NCBI GenBank assembly: GCA_002418865.1
Contig: DIEY01000002.1
Coordinates: forward strand, 32,824 to 96,823
DNA length: 64,000 nucleotides
Source of the DNA: Bacteroidales bacterium UBA5762
GTDB lineage: Bacteria > Bacteroidota > Bacteroidia > Bacteroidales > TTA-H9
Direction of reading: 5' to 3'
Shown here piece after piece: positions 21,036-29,951 of this stretch. The position numbers and the translations under genes were made by a program. Numbering within the stretch: the first letter of the stretch is position 1; each line of letters opens with the position of its first letter. Below the pieces are notes generated by a model. That model saw nothing but the letters and a program-made list of their open reading frames with translations. It ran no database searches and was not told where the DNA came from.

Positions 21036-21051
21036 ACTAAAGAAATTTTCT

Positions 21052-21669
21052 ATGCAAATTACACTCCTTATCATTGCTATAACATTACCCGTTTCCATTG
21101 CAGCCTTTTATCGACCCAAATTAATGGATTTGCTTAAATTCAATGCTTTTCATATTTATGCGTCGCACGAAGGATGGCGTTTTATAACTTATGGTTTAGT
21201 GCATGCAAATTGGTTACACCTTATTATTAATATGTATGTTCTTTATAATTTTGGACTATTGGTTGAAAACTATTTTGGTTATTTTTTTGGAGGTAAAGCT
21301 ACTTATTATTATCTCATGCTATATATTGGAGGATTGGCCATATCAGTAGTATCGGCCTATCAAAAGAATAAGGGAAACATTTTTTACAATGCAGTTGGCG
21401 CCAGTGGAGCGATAAGTGGCATCATTTTTTCGGCCATAATCTTCAATCCTTTTATGTCTTTGAGGTTCATCTTCATTCCAATTAGTTTTCCGGCTATTTT
21501 GTTTGGTGTAGCCTATTTGGTTTATTCATGGTTCATGTCAAAAAAAGGAGACAGCCAGATAGGGCATGATGCTCATTTCTGGGGAGGGATATATGGAATT
21601 CTTTTCACCATTATTCTTAAACCTGCTTTAGCAGTAAACCTTATAGAGCAATTGACCCAAATTTTTTAA
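21052..21669 (+). CDS. Rhomboid-family intramembrane serine protease
   Basis: WRFITYGLVHANWLHLIINM, the catalytic GASGAISG, and a downstream His (HDAHFWGGIYG). Confidence 0.85.
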   Translation: MQITLLIIAITLPVSIAAFYRPKLMDLLKFNAFHIYASHEGWRFITYGLVHANWLHLIINMYVLYNFGLLVENYFGYFFGGKATYYYLMLYIGGLAISVVSAYQKNKGNIFYNAVGASGAISGIIFSAIIFNPFMSLRFIFIPISFPAILFGVAYLVYSWFMSKKGDSQIGHDAHFWGGIYGILFTIILKPALAVNLIEQLTQIF

Positions 21670-21722
21670 GATAAAAAAATCTATTAATATTGCAATGATT
21701 TCTCATTTTAAACCACTTTCAC

Positions 21723-22430
21723 ATGAATAAAATTCAATTATTCATATTTTCAGTTTTATTAATATTCGCGCCTCCGCTTGTGAGTAATGCTCAAAGATTT
21801 GGGATAAAAGCAGGATATAATTTTTCTAAACTTGGATATGATGGTTTGGGGAAAGATATTTATTCCAGTGCCAGTGATATCAGAACCTCAGCAACTTTTG
21901 GCGGATATGTCAACTTTAAACTCTTCCCTCTGATTTTTTTGCAATTAGAAGGCAATTACGAGACAAAAGGGGTAAAATATAGTAATCCTCCTTTGCCTTA
22001 CTTCAATGCTTCTTTCGATGGAATATATAACGAACATTTAGATTATTTGAGCATACCAGTACTTTTACGATTTAACATTATAGCCTTTCAAATAGAGGCA
22101 GGGCCATATTTTGCCTTCTTATTGAAAGCAGAAGAAACCAAGAAAGGATTCCAAAAAATACCCAATGCCGATGGCGGATGGATTGAACAATATTTCGATA
22201 AAGTTTATGATTTAAAACCTATTACAAAAGGAACAGACATAGGCTTAACAGCTGGCGTAGGAGTTTCTTATTCCATTGGTCCCATGCAGATTTCGGGTGG
22301 CGCTCGATATAATTATGGTTTTACTAATATTTTGAAAGAACCCATTATTAATGATAATGGAGAAGTTTGGATAGACAGTAAAAAAAACCGTAACTTCTAT
22401 ATTTACATTGGATTAGGCATCCATATCTGA
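21723..22430 (+). CDS. Outer-membrane beta-barrel (porin-family / PorT-like OMP_b-brl_2) protein
   Basis: Signal peptide, then alternating beta-strand pattern starting RFGIKAGYNFSKL. It ends with an aromatic-rich terminal strand (FYIYIGLGIHI). Confidence 0.65.
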   Translation: MNKIQLFIFSVLLIFAPPLVSNAQRFGIKAGYNFSKLGYDGLGKDIYSSASDIRTSATFGGYVNFKLFPLIFLQLEGNYETKGVKYSNPPLPYFNASFDGIYNEHLDYLSIPVLLRFNIIAFQIEAGPYFAFLLKAEETKKGFQKIPNADGGWIEQYFDKVYDLKPITKGTDIGLTAGVGVSYSIGPMQISGGARYNYGFTNILKEPIINDNGEVWIDSKKNRNFYIYIGLGIHI

Positions 22431-22542
22431 TATTTGTAATGTGAATTAGATATAAAAAATTAAAAGGCCCTTCAATCTAAAGTTCCATAAAGAAGTTTAT
22501 TTTTCTATGCTTATGAGCACACATTCAATTTTTTGAATAAGT

Positions 22543-22572
22543 AAAAAGGAGATTCTGATGAATCTCCTTTTT
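22543..22572. terminator. Bidirectional intrinsic terminator
   Basis: Perfect 12-bp stem aaaaaggagatt / aatctccttttt with a 6-nt loop, between convergent genes. Confidence 0.8.
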
Positions 22573-22603
22573 CAAAACACAACATTCTAAATACTTTCCA
22601 AAA

Positions 22604-23518
22604 TTATTTCTGGATTTTTACTTCGAGAGTTATGGTACGATCGATTCCTATAGTCCCACTAATGTCCATTACCTTGAATAAACCTTTTTTACTTGGATTA
22701 GCCGAAGTAGTGGCAGTTTGGAAAGCAACGATATCGCCTACTTGCAGGAAACTTGCCCTTGAATCGACAAGATTTGTAGCATTTTCGGCAATTAAAGCAT
22801 CATCATATTCGGTTATTGCATTCCAGTTTATCTCGCCAACCTTTCTAAAACGTGTGGCATTTTTTACAGACCAATTATCAAATAAATTGTCCCATGCTAG
22901 TGCAGCTTGATCGTCATCTACTGAAGCTATAGTAGATTGGTTGATTTCTCCATAAAAATAGAGGAGATCTACTTTGTTCTGATTTAAAATGGCTTCGGCT
23001 TGTTTCATTACTTTATTATCGACTGAACTCCAAAAACTTCCGACGGTTACATTATTTTGTCCACCCATTAATATAGCGGTATAAATATTGACCACAGGCT
23101 GTGTAGTAATATTGAGAGCTACTGAATTACTCTGATTGTTTTTGTCGATAATTTCGAAAGACCAGCGTTCTGTACCTGCTTCTGTGCGAGCCTGAATATT
23201 TCTGGTATAAGTAAAACTGCTTAAATTACTGAGCGTTGAATCAATAACACTTTCGCCTATATTATTAAAAGTACGCGTAACCTTAAACCTTACCAGCTTG
23301 GCATTGCTGTTGGTATTAGCAGTGGCTGTAATCCCAACTTTCAAGATAGTACCAGCAGGAACAGTAACATCGGACGAAGTGTAATCGCTACCACCAATAA
23401 AATTAATGGTAGGACTTTGATCGAGAGGTTCTTCTTCATCATCGGAACAAGCTGTAAATAAATTGATGGTTCCGGCAAGTAAAACAAACAAAGCAATTCC
23501 TTTAATGTTAAATTTCAT
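22604..23518 (-). CDS. Hypothetical lipoprotein
   Basis: Lipobox (LFTAC followed by the acidic SDDEEE linker). The rest is beta-rich with no recognised motif. Confidence 0.6.
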   Translation of the reverse strand: MKFNIKGIALFVLLAGTINLFTACSDDEEEPLDQSPTINFIGGSDYTSSDVTVPAGTILKVGITATANTNSNAKLVRFKVTRTFNNIGESVIDSTLSNLSSFTYTRNIQARTEAGTERWSFEIIDKNNQSNSVALNITTQPVVNIYTAILMGGQNNVTVGSFWSSVDNKVMKQAEAILNQNKVDLLYFYGEINQSTIASVDDDQAALAWDNLFDNWSVKNATRFRKVGEINWNAITEYDDALIAENATNLVDSRASFLQVGDIVAFQTATTSANPSKKGLFKVMDISGTIGIDRTITLEVKIQK

Positions 23519-23600
23519 AGTTATTAATTTTTGGGTTATTAAGGAGTATTAAAGCACAAAAATCTTGCCATGGTAAAAATGCTAAATGGCATGTTTTTTA

Positions 23601-23608
23601 TATCTTTG
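23601..23608 (+). promoter_or_regulatory. Bacteroidota -7 promoter box upstream of ssrA
   Basis: TATCTTTG lies 22 nt upstream of the mature tmRNA 5' end. Confidence 0.45.
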
Positions 23609-23629
23609 CAAAATGAAACGTTCATTGAA

Positions 23630-23997
23630 GGGGCTGATTGGTTTTGACAGCATGACGGTGGAACTGTAAGCATGCCGGGCGTTGGGGAAAGGCCCGTAAT
23701 AACTACCCTAATGCCAATAAATGGCAACAATTTCAACTATGCAATGGCTGCTTAATCAGGACGATTAAGTGCTGTGCTGTCCTCCAGGAAGCTTTGCCTT
23801 GCAGCGTCCTGGTAAGGGCATCGTAAATGCGGGGCTGCGTAAGGTTTTGTCCCGAAACCTTACTAAGACAATAGGGACTCAGGAATTTGGCGGATGAGTC
23901 CCTGCTTTGCCAAATTCCGAAACATCTACAGGGAATAAGCATGTAGAAAGCAGTTTTGCTGCATGTTTGGACCGGAGTTCGACTCTCCGCAGCTCCA
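23630..23997 (+). ncRNA. ssrA: tmRNA (SsrA), tag peptide GNNFNYAMAA
   Basis: The 5' end GGGGCTGATTGGTTTTGACAGC and 3' end GGACCGGAGTTCGACTCTCCGCAGCTCCA form a tRNA-Ala-like acceptor stem (GGGGCTG / CAGCTCC) with the G3:U identity pair, plus a T-arm (GGAGTTCGACTCTCC). The internal tag frame ggc aac aat ttc aac tat gca atg gct gct taa (23723-23755) ends in the canonical YAxAA-stop. CCA is not encoded. Confidence 0.93.
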
Positions 23998-24017
23998 CTT
24001 CTTTCGGCAAACAAAAT

Positions 24018-24045
24018 AAGGGCGGTAGATCATTCTATCGCCCTT
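24018..24045 (+). terminator. Hairpin terminator after ssrA
   Basis: aagggcggtaga tcat tctatcgccctt is an imperfect extended stem. The downstream T-run is weak (tactgtttc). Confidence 0.5.
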
Positions 24046-24139
24046 TACTGTTTCTAAATTCTTTCTGAAAGATTCTCCCCTTTCCTTCACAGAAATATTT
24101 ATACCCTATATCTTCATATTTCCCGACTTTATAGTTCAA

Positions 24140-24283
24140 TCACTGCTTCTTTTCTTCTTCTATAAAGCTTGGAAAATTATCTTCATCATCATCCAACGAG
24201 GTTACATGCCGTAATTCTTTTATTAATAATACGAAAAACATGCCCACCATAATAGAAAATGCCACTACAAGTAATTTTAACAT
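24140..24283 (-). CDS. Possible 47-aa single-pass membrane peptide
   Basis: Not in the ORF track: MLKLLVVAFSIMVGMFFVLLIKELRHVTSLDDDEDNFPSFIEEEKKQ. One TM segment plus an acidic tail. Its ATG overlaps the stop of the upstream small ORF (ATGTTAA). Confidence 0.3.
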   Translation of the reverse strand: MLKLLVVAFSIMVGMFFVLLIKELRHVTSLDDDEDNFPSFIEEEKKQ

Positions 24284-24471
24284 AAACGTTGAATTAGTTT
24301 TTTAAGTTTGTTAACTTCTTGCTGTGAACAAATCAATCTTTTCTCTTCTTCTTCATCTTCTAAATTGCTTTTAATCCCCTTCAAACTATCGTTTACAGGT
24401 GTATATCCACCCTTAGCGTTCGTATTTTTGAATTCTTTTAAGAGTTTTTCAACCTCAGGATGTTTTGTCAT
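24277..24471 (-). CDS. Small hypothetical protein (64 aa, charged/helical)
   Basis: Track ORF MTKHPEVEKLLKEFKNTNAKGG...EEEEKRL..KLKKLIQRLC. I recognise no motif and see no clear TAnnTTTG box upstream. Confidence 0.3.
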   Translation of the reverse strand: MTKHPEVEKLLKEFKNTNAKGGYTPVNDSLKGIKSNLEDEEEEKRLICSQQEVNKLKKLIQRLC

Positions 24472-24651
24472 TATTTAGTTTTTTCGACCTTAATAAAATT
24501 TCAAAGCTCGTGCCGAAAAAATAATTAAAAGAATTTCAATTCGTTATAAAACCATCATCAAAAAATTCCTTTCCTCATCCTCCATTATTATAATATCAAG
24601 CGTTAGATTTTATTTGTAATTTATTATTTATTAATATTTTATTTACATTAT

Positions 24652-24691
24652 AAAAAAAATCCGAAATCGGATAGATTATCTGATTTCGGAT
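24652..24691 (-). terminator. Intrinsic terminator of metK
   Basis: Stem atccgaaatc / gatttcggat, followed on the minus strand by T8 (the A-run at 24652-24659 on plus). Confidence 0.8.
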
Positions 24692-24716
24692 AAAACTAAA
24701 GGGAAATTTCTGTTTT

Positions 24717-26057
24717 TTAGTCCAAATTCAATTCCTCTTTCAAAATATCAACATAATCTGTTTTTTCCCATGGGAAAAATTCTACCTGTTTAAAATACCT
24801 TTCTTTTCCATTGTCTATTCTTACATGAGTATGATCGTTTTGGTAAAAAACCTCAATCTCTTGGATATAAGGATCGCGGCCAAAATGACCATAAGCAGCG
24901 GTAGGAAGATAAATAGGATTTTTTAATCCAAAGCGTGTGATAATTGAATAAGGGCGTAAGTCGAAAATATTTAGAACGATCTGAGCCAATTCAGCATCGG
25001 TTAATATTTTTCCTGTTTTATTTTTAGCGCGGCAAGTATTAAAAGTATTGATATACAATCCAATAGGTTCAGCTATTCCAATAGCATAGGCCACTTGAGC
25101 CATTACCTCATCACAGGCACCTGCAGCCACAAGATTTTTGGCAATATGCCTCATGGCATAGGCTGCCGAACGATCGACCTTAGAAGGATCTTTACCAGAG
25201 AAAGCACCTCCACCATGAGCACCCTTTCCGCCATAGGTATCAACAATTATCTTTCTTCCTGTCAAGCCTGTATCGCCATGAGGTCCTCCGATAATAAACT
25301 TTCCTGTAGGATTAACATAGAGTGAATAGCCATTTTTAAATAACTGATTCACTCGTTGTGGTATAGTTGCTCTAACTCTTGGAATTAAAATATTGCGCAC
25401 ATCTTCAATGATTTTCTCCTGCATGCGTTTTTCGGCTTCTTTTTTGGCCTCATCACTCGAATCTTTGGGTAAAATAAACTCGTCGTGTTGGGTAGAAAGA
25501 ACAATAGTGTCTATTCTAACTGGCTGGCCTTCATCATTATATTCGATAGTAACCTGAGATTTAGCATCGGGTCTAAGATAGGTCATTTCTTTCCCTTCTT
25601 TTCGAATGGCTGCCAATTCCTGCACAAGAATGTGTGCTAGCTCTATTGGCATTGGCATAAAATTGTCCATTTCTCTGCAAGCATAACCAAACATCATTCC
25701 TTGGTCTCCAGCACCTTGTTCTAATGGATTTTGCTTGGCTACTCCTTGAAAAATATCGGGTGACTGCTCATGTATTGAGCTAATCACTCCACAAGAATCG
25801 GAATCGAAACGATACTCAGCCTTGGTGTATCCCAAACGCCGAATGGTTTGACGAGCTATTTCCTGAACATCTACATAACCCGAAGTCTTTACTTCACCAC
25901 CAACAACTACTAATCCTGTTGTAACAAAAGTTTCAACGGCAACTTTCGAGTCGGGATCCCATCGTAAAAACTCATCGAGTAATGCATCCGAAATCTGATC
26001 GGCCACCTTGTCGGGATGACCTTCTGATACTGATTCTGAAGTAAATAAATATCCCAT
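24717..26057 (-). CDS. metK: S-adenosylmethionine synthetase
   Basis: [36 protein letters not shown] and [22 protein letters not shown]. This is the long Bacteroidota-type form with a C-terminal extension. Confidence 0.97.
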   Translation of the reverse strand: MGYLFTSESVSEGHPDKVADQISDALLDEFLRWDPDSKVAVETFVTTGLVVVGGEVKTSGYVDVQEIARQTIRRLGYTKAEYRFDSDSCGVISSIHEQSPDIFQGVAKQNPLEQGAGDQGMMFGYACREMDNFMPMPIELAHILVQELAAIRKEGKEMTYLRPDAKSQVTIEYNDEGQPVRIDTIVLSTQHDEFILPKDSSDEAKKEAEKRMQEKIIEDVRNILIPRVRATIPQRVNQLFKNGYSLYVNPTGKFIIGGPHGDTGLTGRKIIVDTYGGKGAHGGGAFSGKDPSKVDRSAAYAMRHIAKNLVAAGACDEVMAQVAYAIGIAEPIGLYINTFNTCRAKNKTGKILTDAELAQIVLNIFDLRPYSIITRFGLKNPIYLPTAAYGHFGRDPYIQEIEVFYQNDHTHVRIDNGKERYFKQVEFFPWEKTDYVDILKEELNLD

Positions 26058-26080
26058 TACGTTGATTTTTTATTTGTTTA

Positions 26081-26183
26081 ACTTGTAAATGGGGAAACTG
26101 ATTGAGAGGTAGGTAAACATTGTTTTAGCATTTTTTTCTGTGGTTGCAATCAATCAAATCTCTCCACTTGCTTTTTTATAAGT
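26081..26183 (-). promoter_or_regulatory. Candidate SAM-I (S-box)-like riboswitch aptamer in the metK leader
   Basis: The minus-strand leader reads ACUUAUAAAAAAGCAAGUGGAGAGAUUUGAUUGAUUGCAACCACAGAAAAAAAUGCUAAAAC...UUUACAAGU. It contains S-box-like blocks in the canonical order: CUUAU, GUGGAGAGA (compare GGUGGAGGGA), GCAACC and UGCUAA (compare GGUGCUAA). A possible closing helix pairs ACUUAUAAA with UUUACAAGU (8 of 9 pairs). The P2 and P3 helices look degenerate. Nothing was folded computationally. Confidence 0.3.
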
Positions 26184-26362
26184 TTGGCAAAAGTAGTATT
26201 AATCTTTCGATACAGAAACACATAATTTGAGGTTTTTCTCACAATAATTTATAACACATTGATATAAATTAAACTATAACTCGCAAAAAATTTCATTCTT
26301 AAAAAACTAATTGATTTTACCGTTATAAAACCAACCAGCTGCTTTTACTACATCGAATGGTT

Positions 26363-27289
26363 TCATCCATTCTTAAAAGAATGATTTTGAGTAATCTCAT
26401 GAAATATCTCTTCGAGGCTTTTCTCGCTTTGTTGCAATGATAATACTGTTAATTGATGATCAACGGCAAACTTAAACAAAGCTGGACGAATATCCATATC
26501 GGGTTTAGCCTTAATCTCATATACATTATTATCCTTAGCCTTGACGGTTATTATGCCATTTATTCGACGAATAAGCTGTATATCAACTTTTTGATCGAAT
26601 CCAACAAAAATTGTTTCGCTGCTTGATACCCAATGCGAAAGATGAGCAGTAAGATCATCGGCCACTATTTTACCTTTGTGGATGATAACTACTCTCTGGC
26701 AAAGCGCTTCCACTTCTTGCATGATATGGGTAGAGAAAATAATGGTTTTGTTAACACTTGCTCTTTTGATTACTTCTCTAATTTCGAGAATTTGATTGGG
26801 ATCGAGGCCAGATGTGGGTTCATCCAGTATTAAGACTTCCGGGTCATGTATTAGGGCTTGCGCCAATCCTACTCTCTGTCGAAAGCCTTTCGACAATTTT
26901 CCAATGGTCTTCGAAATTTCAGGTTCTAAGCCAGTTAAGGCAATAATTTCTTCTATTCGTTTCTTGGGTGAAGAAACCTTATATAATGCAGCAACAAACT
27001 CGAGATATTCACGAATATACATGTCGGGATACAAAGGATTGTTTTCGGGTAAATAACCTAGCATTTTTCGCACTGCAACAGGATCTTCCATGGTATTTAT
27101 ATTATTAACAAATACCTGGCCTTCGGTAGGAGGAATCAAACAAGTAATGATTCGCATCAGTGTAGTTTTTCCTGCTCCATTGGGACCGAGTAAACCGGTT
27201 ATTTGACCCCTTTCTACCTGAAACGAAACTTCATCAAGAGCTTTTTGCGACCCATAAAGTTTTGTAACCTTATCTACTTTTATAGACAT
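26363..27289 (-). CDS. gldA: ABC transporter ATP-binding protein, GldA-like (gliding-motility ABC ATPase)
   Basis: Walker A GPNGAGKTT, signature LSKGFRQRV, Walker B LILDEPTSGLD. The full-length pattern, including the C-terminal domain (MDIRPALFKFAVDHQLTVLSLQQSEKSLEEIFHEIT), resembles Flavobacterium GldA as I recall it. Confidence 0.65.
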   Translation of the reverse strand: MSIKVDKVTKLYGSQKALDEVSFQVERGQITGLLGPNGAGKTTLMRIITCLIPPTEGQVFVNNINTMEDPVAVRKMLGYLPENNPLYPDMYIREYLEFVAALYKVSSPKKRIEEIIALTGLEPEISKTIGKLSKGFRQRVGLAQALIHDPEVLILDEPTSGLDPNQILEIREVIKRASVNKTIIFSTHIMQEVEALCQRVVIIHKGKIVADDLTAHLSHWVSSSETIFVGFDQKVDIQLIRRINGIITVKAKDNNVYEIKAKPDMDIRPALFKFAVDHQLTVLSLQQSEKSLEEIFHEITQNHSFKNG

Positions 27290-27320
27290 TATTTACATTT
27301 AAATCATTTAAAAAGCAAAA

Positions 27321-27893
27321 TTAAATGAATCGTTGCAAATGCGATAATAATAAATGCTTATCAAATGGTTTGTTACCATCTAACACAAACAGAGGAGAAA
27401 TATTATTCAATGTACGCCCATATTTAAGATAACTCTTCCAAATATGATGAATGTACCATTCAGGTTCAACTCCCCATGTTAAATCTAAGCGCTTACGGTG
27501 GAAAAATTCCCTTCGCTTAATCTTGATAAAATACCCAAAATTGAATAAATGATTGATACTATCATTGTTGAAAGCAAATAACCCTTCAACAATAATAACC
27601 CCATACTTTGTTTGCTGTTGAATAATTGCGGAGTATAACTTATCAAAATCAATAGAATAAGGATCTTCCCAATCCACATGATCTCGTACCCGCGGAATTT
27701 CTGAAAGCGGACGAATGAAATCGTCCTGACAAAGAATAAGGCAAGTATCATGTAGGAAAAATGAAGCTATGAGAGAAGCCAAGGTCGATTTCCCGGCTCG
27801 GCTGACTCCACCAATGCCAATTACGAGACTTTTGGACGGATGAAGTAAGGTATTTGAATATTCTTGCATAAGCTTCAATGAAATTATCTTCAC
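27321..27893 (-). CDS. P-loop nucleoside kinase of the uridine kinase / nicotinamide riboside kinase (NRK1-like) family
   Basis: IGIGGVSRAGKSTLA (P-loop), LCQDDFIRP and IIVEGLFAFN follow the order and spacing of eukaryotic NRK1 (ISGVTNSGKTTLA..SQDDFFKP..IIEGFLLFN). Confidence 0.6.
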   Translation of the reverse strand: MKIISLKLMQEYSNTLLHPSKSLVIGIGGVSRAGKSTLASLIASFFLHDTCLILCQDDFIRPLSEIPRVRDHVDWEDPYSIDFDKLYSAIIQQQTKYGVIIVEGLFAFNNDSINHLFNFGYFIKIKRREFFHRKRLDLTWGVEPEWYIHHIWKSYLKYGRTLNNISPLFVLDGNKPFDKHLLLSHLQRFI

Positions 27894-27981
27894 TGCCTAA
27901 AAGAGGAAACGATATCCAAGCCATAAAAATATTCATAAAAAATTTTAAAAGAGTTGGTTTGTTTAATAAGAAAATTAGGCA

Positions 27982-27989
27982 TACCTTTG
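27982..27989 (+). promoter_or_regulatory. Bacteroidota -7 promoter box upstream of rplM
   Basis: TACCTTTG lies 46 nt upstream of the ATG at 28035. Confidence 0.45.
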
Positions 27990-28034
27990 CACCCCATTTC
28001 GAAGTTTTCAAAATATAAGAAAATCAACTCATAG

Positions 28035-28490
28035 ATGAATACTTTAAGTTATAAGACTATAAGCGCCAACAAACAAACCGTTAAAAAGGAATGGGTACTT
28101 ATAGATGCTGAAAATCTGGTTGTAGGCCGATTAGCGTCAGAAGTTGCCAAAATTCTAAGAGGGAAGAACAAACCATATTACACTCCTCATGTAGATTGCG
28201 GCGACCATATAGTAATTATCAATGCCGAGAAGATAAGATTTACGGGGAAAAAAATGGATGATAAGAAATATGTGACCTATAGTGGTTATCCTGGCGGGCA
28301 AAGTACGACTACTCCCAGAAAATTATTAAAACGCGTTCCTGAGCGAGTTTTGGAAAATGCCATCAAAGGAATGCTTCCAAAAAATAGATTGGGCAGGGAA
28401 TTATTCCGTAATCTGCATGTGTACACAGGCAGTTCTCATCCACATGAAGCCCAGTCACCTCAACACATAAAAATTAAAGAAGCCGAATAA
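28035..28490 (+). CDS. rplM: 50S ribosomal protein L13
   Basis: KKEWVLIDAENLVVGRLASEVAKILRGKNKPYYTPHVDCGDHIVIINAEKI..GMLPKNRLG. Confidence 0.97.
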   Translation: MNTLSYKTISANKQTVKKEWVLIDAENLVVGRLASEVAKILRGKNKPYYTPHVDCGDHIVIINAEKIRFTGKKMDDKKYVTYSGYPGGQSTTTPRKLLKRVPERVLENAIKGMLPKNRLGRELFRNLHVYTGSSHPHEAQSPQHIKIKEAE

Positions 28491-28492
28491 GC

Positions 28493-28879
28493 ATGGACGT
28501 AATTAACACATCAGGTAGAAGAAAAACCGCAGTTGCGAGAATCTACATGTCGCAAGGTAACGGAAAGATTACGATAAATGGACGTGAGCTGAACAATTAC
28601 TTCAAAACCAATGTATTGGTTTATAAAGTATTACAGCCTCTCGAATTAACCAATAATCAGGACAAATTCGATATCAAGGTAAATTTAGAAGGTGGTGGTA
28701 TTACAGGACAAGCCGAGGCCTTAAGACTTGCCATTTCAAAAGCATTGGTCGAAATAAACAATGAGTACCGTCCAGTGTTAAAACAAAAAGGATTATTGAC
28801 GCGTGATCCTCGTATGGTAGAAAGGAAAAAACCTGGACGCCCGAAAGCTCGTAAACGTTTCCAATTTTCAAAACGTTAA
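28493..28879 (+). CDS. rpsI: 30S ribosomal protein S9
   Basis: GRRKTAVARIYM..GNGKITINGR..GGGITGQAEALRLAISKAL..TRDPRMVERKKPG..KARKRFQFSKR. Confidence 0.97.
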   Translation: MDVINTSGRRKTAVARIYMSQGNGKITINGRELNNYFKTNVLVYKVLQPLELTNNQDKFDIKVNLEGGGITGQAEALRLAISKALVEINNEYRPVLKQKGLLTRDPRMVERKKPGRPKARKRFQFSKR

Positions 28880-28996
28880 ACTTGTTAGCTACAGACAAAT
28901 TGTGTTTAGTATCCAAATTCCCGAGATTGTTCCTAAACAGATCACTACTGGGGAATTGTCATTAGTTGAAAGTAAACCATTAAATATTAAAGTTTC

Positions 28997-29908
28997 ATGT
29001 CAAAAGTTACATTCGAAGAATTATTAGAAGCCGGAGTGCATTTCGGACATTTACGTCGCAAATGGAATCCCAATATGGCACCATATATTTTTATGGAGCG
29101 TAATGGCATTCATATCATCGACCTATACAAAACCATTGCTAAACTCGATGAAGCCTGTGCTGCCGCAAAACAAATGGCAAAATCAGGGAAAAAAATTCTG
29201 TTTGTTTCGACAAAAAAACAAGCCAAAGAAATTGTAGCCGAACAGGCAAAGCGTGTTAACATGCCTTATGTAGTTGAGCGTTGGCCAGGGGGTATGCTGA
29301 CAAATTTTGCCACTATCCGTAAAGCAGTAAAAAAAATGGCTTCCATCGATAAACTGATGGAAACCGAGAACTTCCTCACGATGTCGAAACGGGAACGCTT
29401 ACAAATTACCCGCGAAAAAGCAAAACTCGAAAAAAACCTTGGCTCTATTGCCGATCTCAATAGATTGCCTTCGGCCATTTTTGTAGTAGATATTCTCAAA
29501 GAACATATTGCAGTGGCCGAAGCTCGAAAATTGAACATCCCTATCATTGCTATGGTAGATACTAATTCTAACCCTAATCTGGTCGACTTTGCCATTCCTT
29601 CCAATGATGATGCCTCCAAATCTATCCAACTAATTGTTAAAACAGTCGTAGATGCCATAGAAGAAGGCCTCAACGAAAGAAGATTCGAAAAAGACCAAAT
29701 TGAACAGGAAGCTGAAGAAACATACGATGAAGTTACTGAAAGGGAAAAATTAGAACTCGAACCTTCACTCGAGGAAAAAGAATTAGAAGTCAAAAACAAA
29801 CTTCATAAAAGTTCCAAAACTACTGGGGAAGACGAAGAAGAAATATCAACTACAAAACGTCCCAGAAAAATTATCTCGAAAAGCTCGCGTGGTGAGACTC
29901 ACAGATAA
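28997..29908 (+). CDS. rpsB: 30S ribosomal protein S2 with an extended acidic/basic C-terminal tail
   Basis: LLEAGVHFGHLRRKWNPNMAPYIFMERNGIHIIDL..VERWPGGMLTNF. About 65 extra low-complexity residues follow residue ~235. Confidence 0.97.
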   Translation: MSKVTFEELLEAGVHFGHLRRKWNPNMAPYIFMERNGIHIIDLYKTIAKLDEACAAAKQMAKSGKKILFVSTKKQAKEIVAEQAKRVNMPYVVERWPGGMLTNFATIRKAVKKMASIDKLMETENFLTMSKRERLQITREKAKLEKNLGSIADLNRLPSAIFVVDILKEHIAVAEARKLNIPIIAMVDTNSNPNLVDFAIPSNDDASKSIQLIVKTVVDAIEEGLNERRFEKDQIEQEAEETYDEVTEREKLELEPSLEEKELEVKNKLHKSSKTTGEDEEEISTTKRPRKIISKSSRGETHR

Positions 29909-29951
29909 TCTTTCAAAATTGAATCATTTTTAAACAAATCAAGGATAAATT

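Noticed and set aside
23539-24014. Two minus-strand ORFs (65 aa and 93 aa) from the ORF track.
   Set aside because: They lie entirely over the plus-strand tmRNA gene. Their open frames are a by-product of the structured RNA sequence.
23998-24716. Possible genomic island integrated at the 3' end of ssrA.
   Set aside because: No integrase gene is present, and I could see no direct repeat of the ssrA 3' end. Only ~700 nt separate ssrA from metK.
27485-28011. Two minus-strand ORFs (88 aa and 87 aa) around the NRK-like kinase gene.
   Set aside because: One is an alternative frame of the kinase gene. The other spans the kinase/rplM promoter region. Neither has motifs.
29266-29799. 177-aa minus-strand ORF (Ser-rich), plus a 76-aa ORF, inside rpsB.
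   Set aside because: They are antisense to a highly conserved ribosomal protein gene. The low-complexity Ser/Phe composition is the mirror of the E/K-rich S2 codons.
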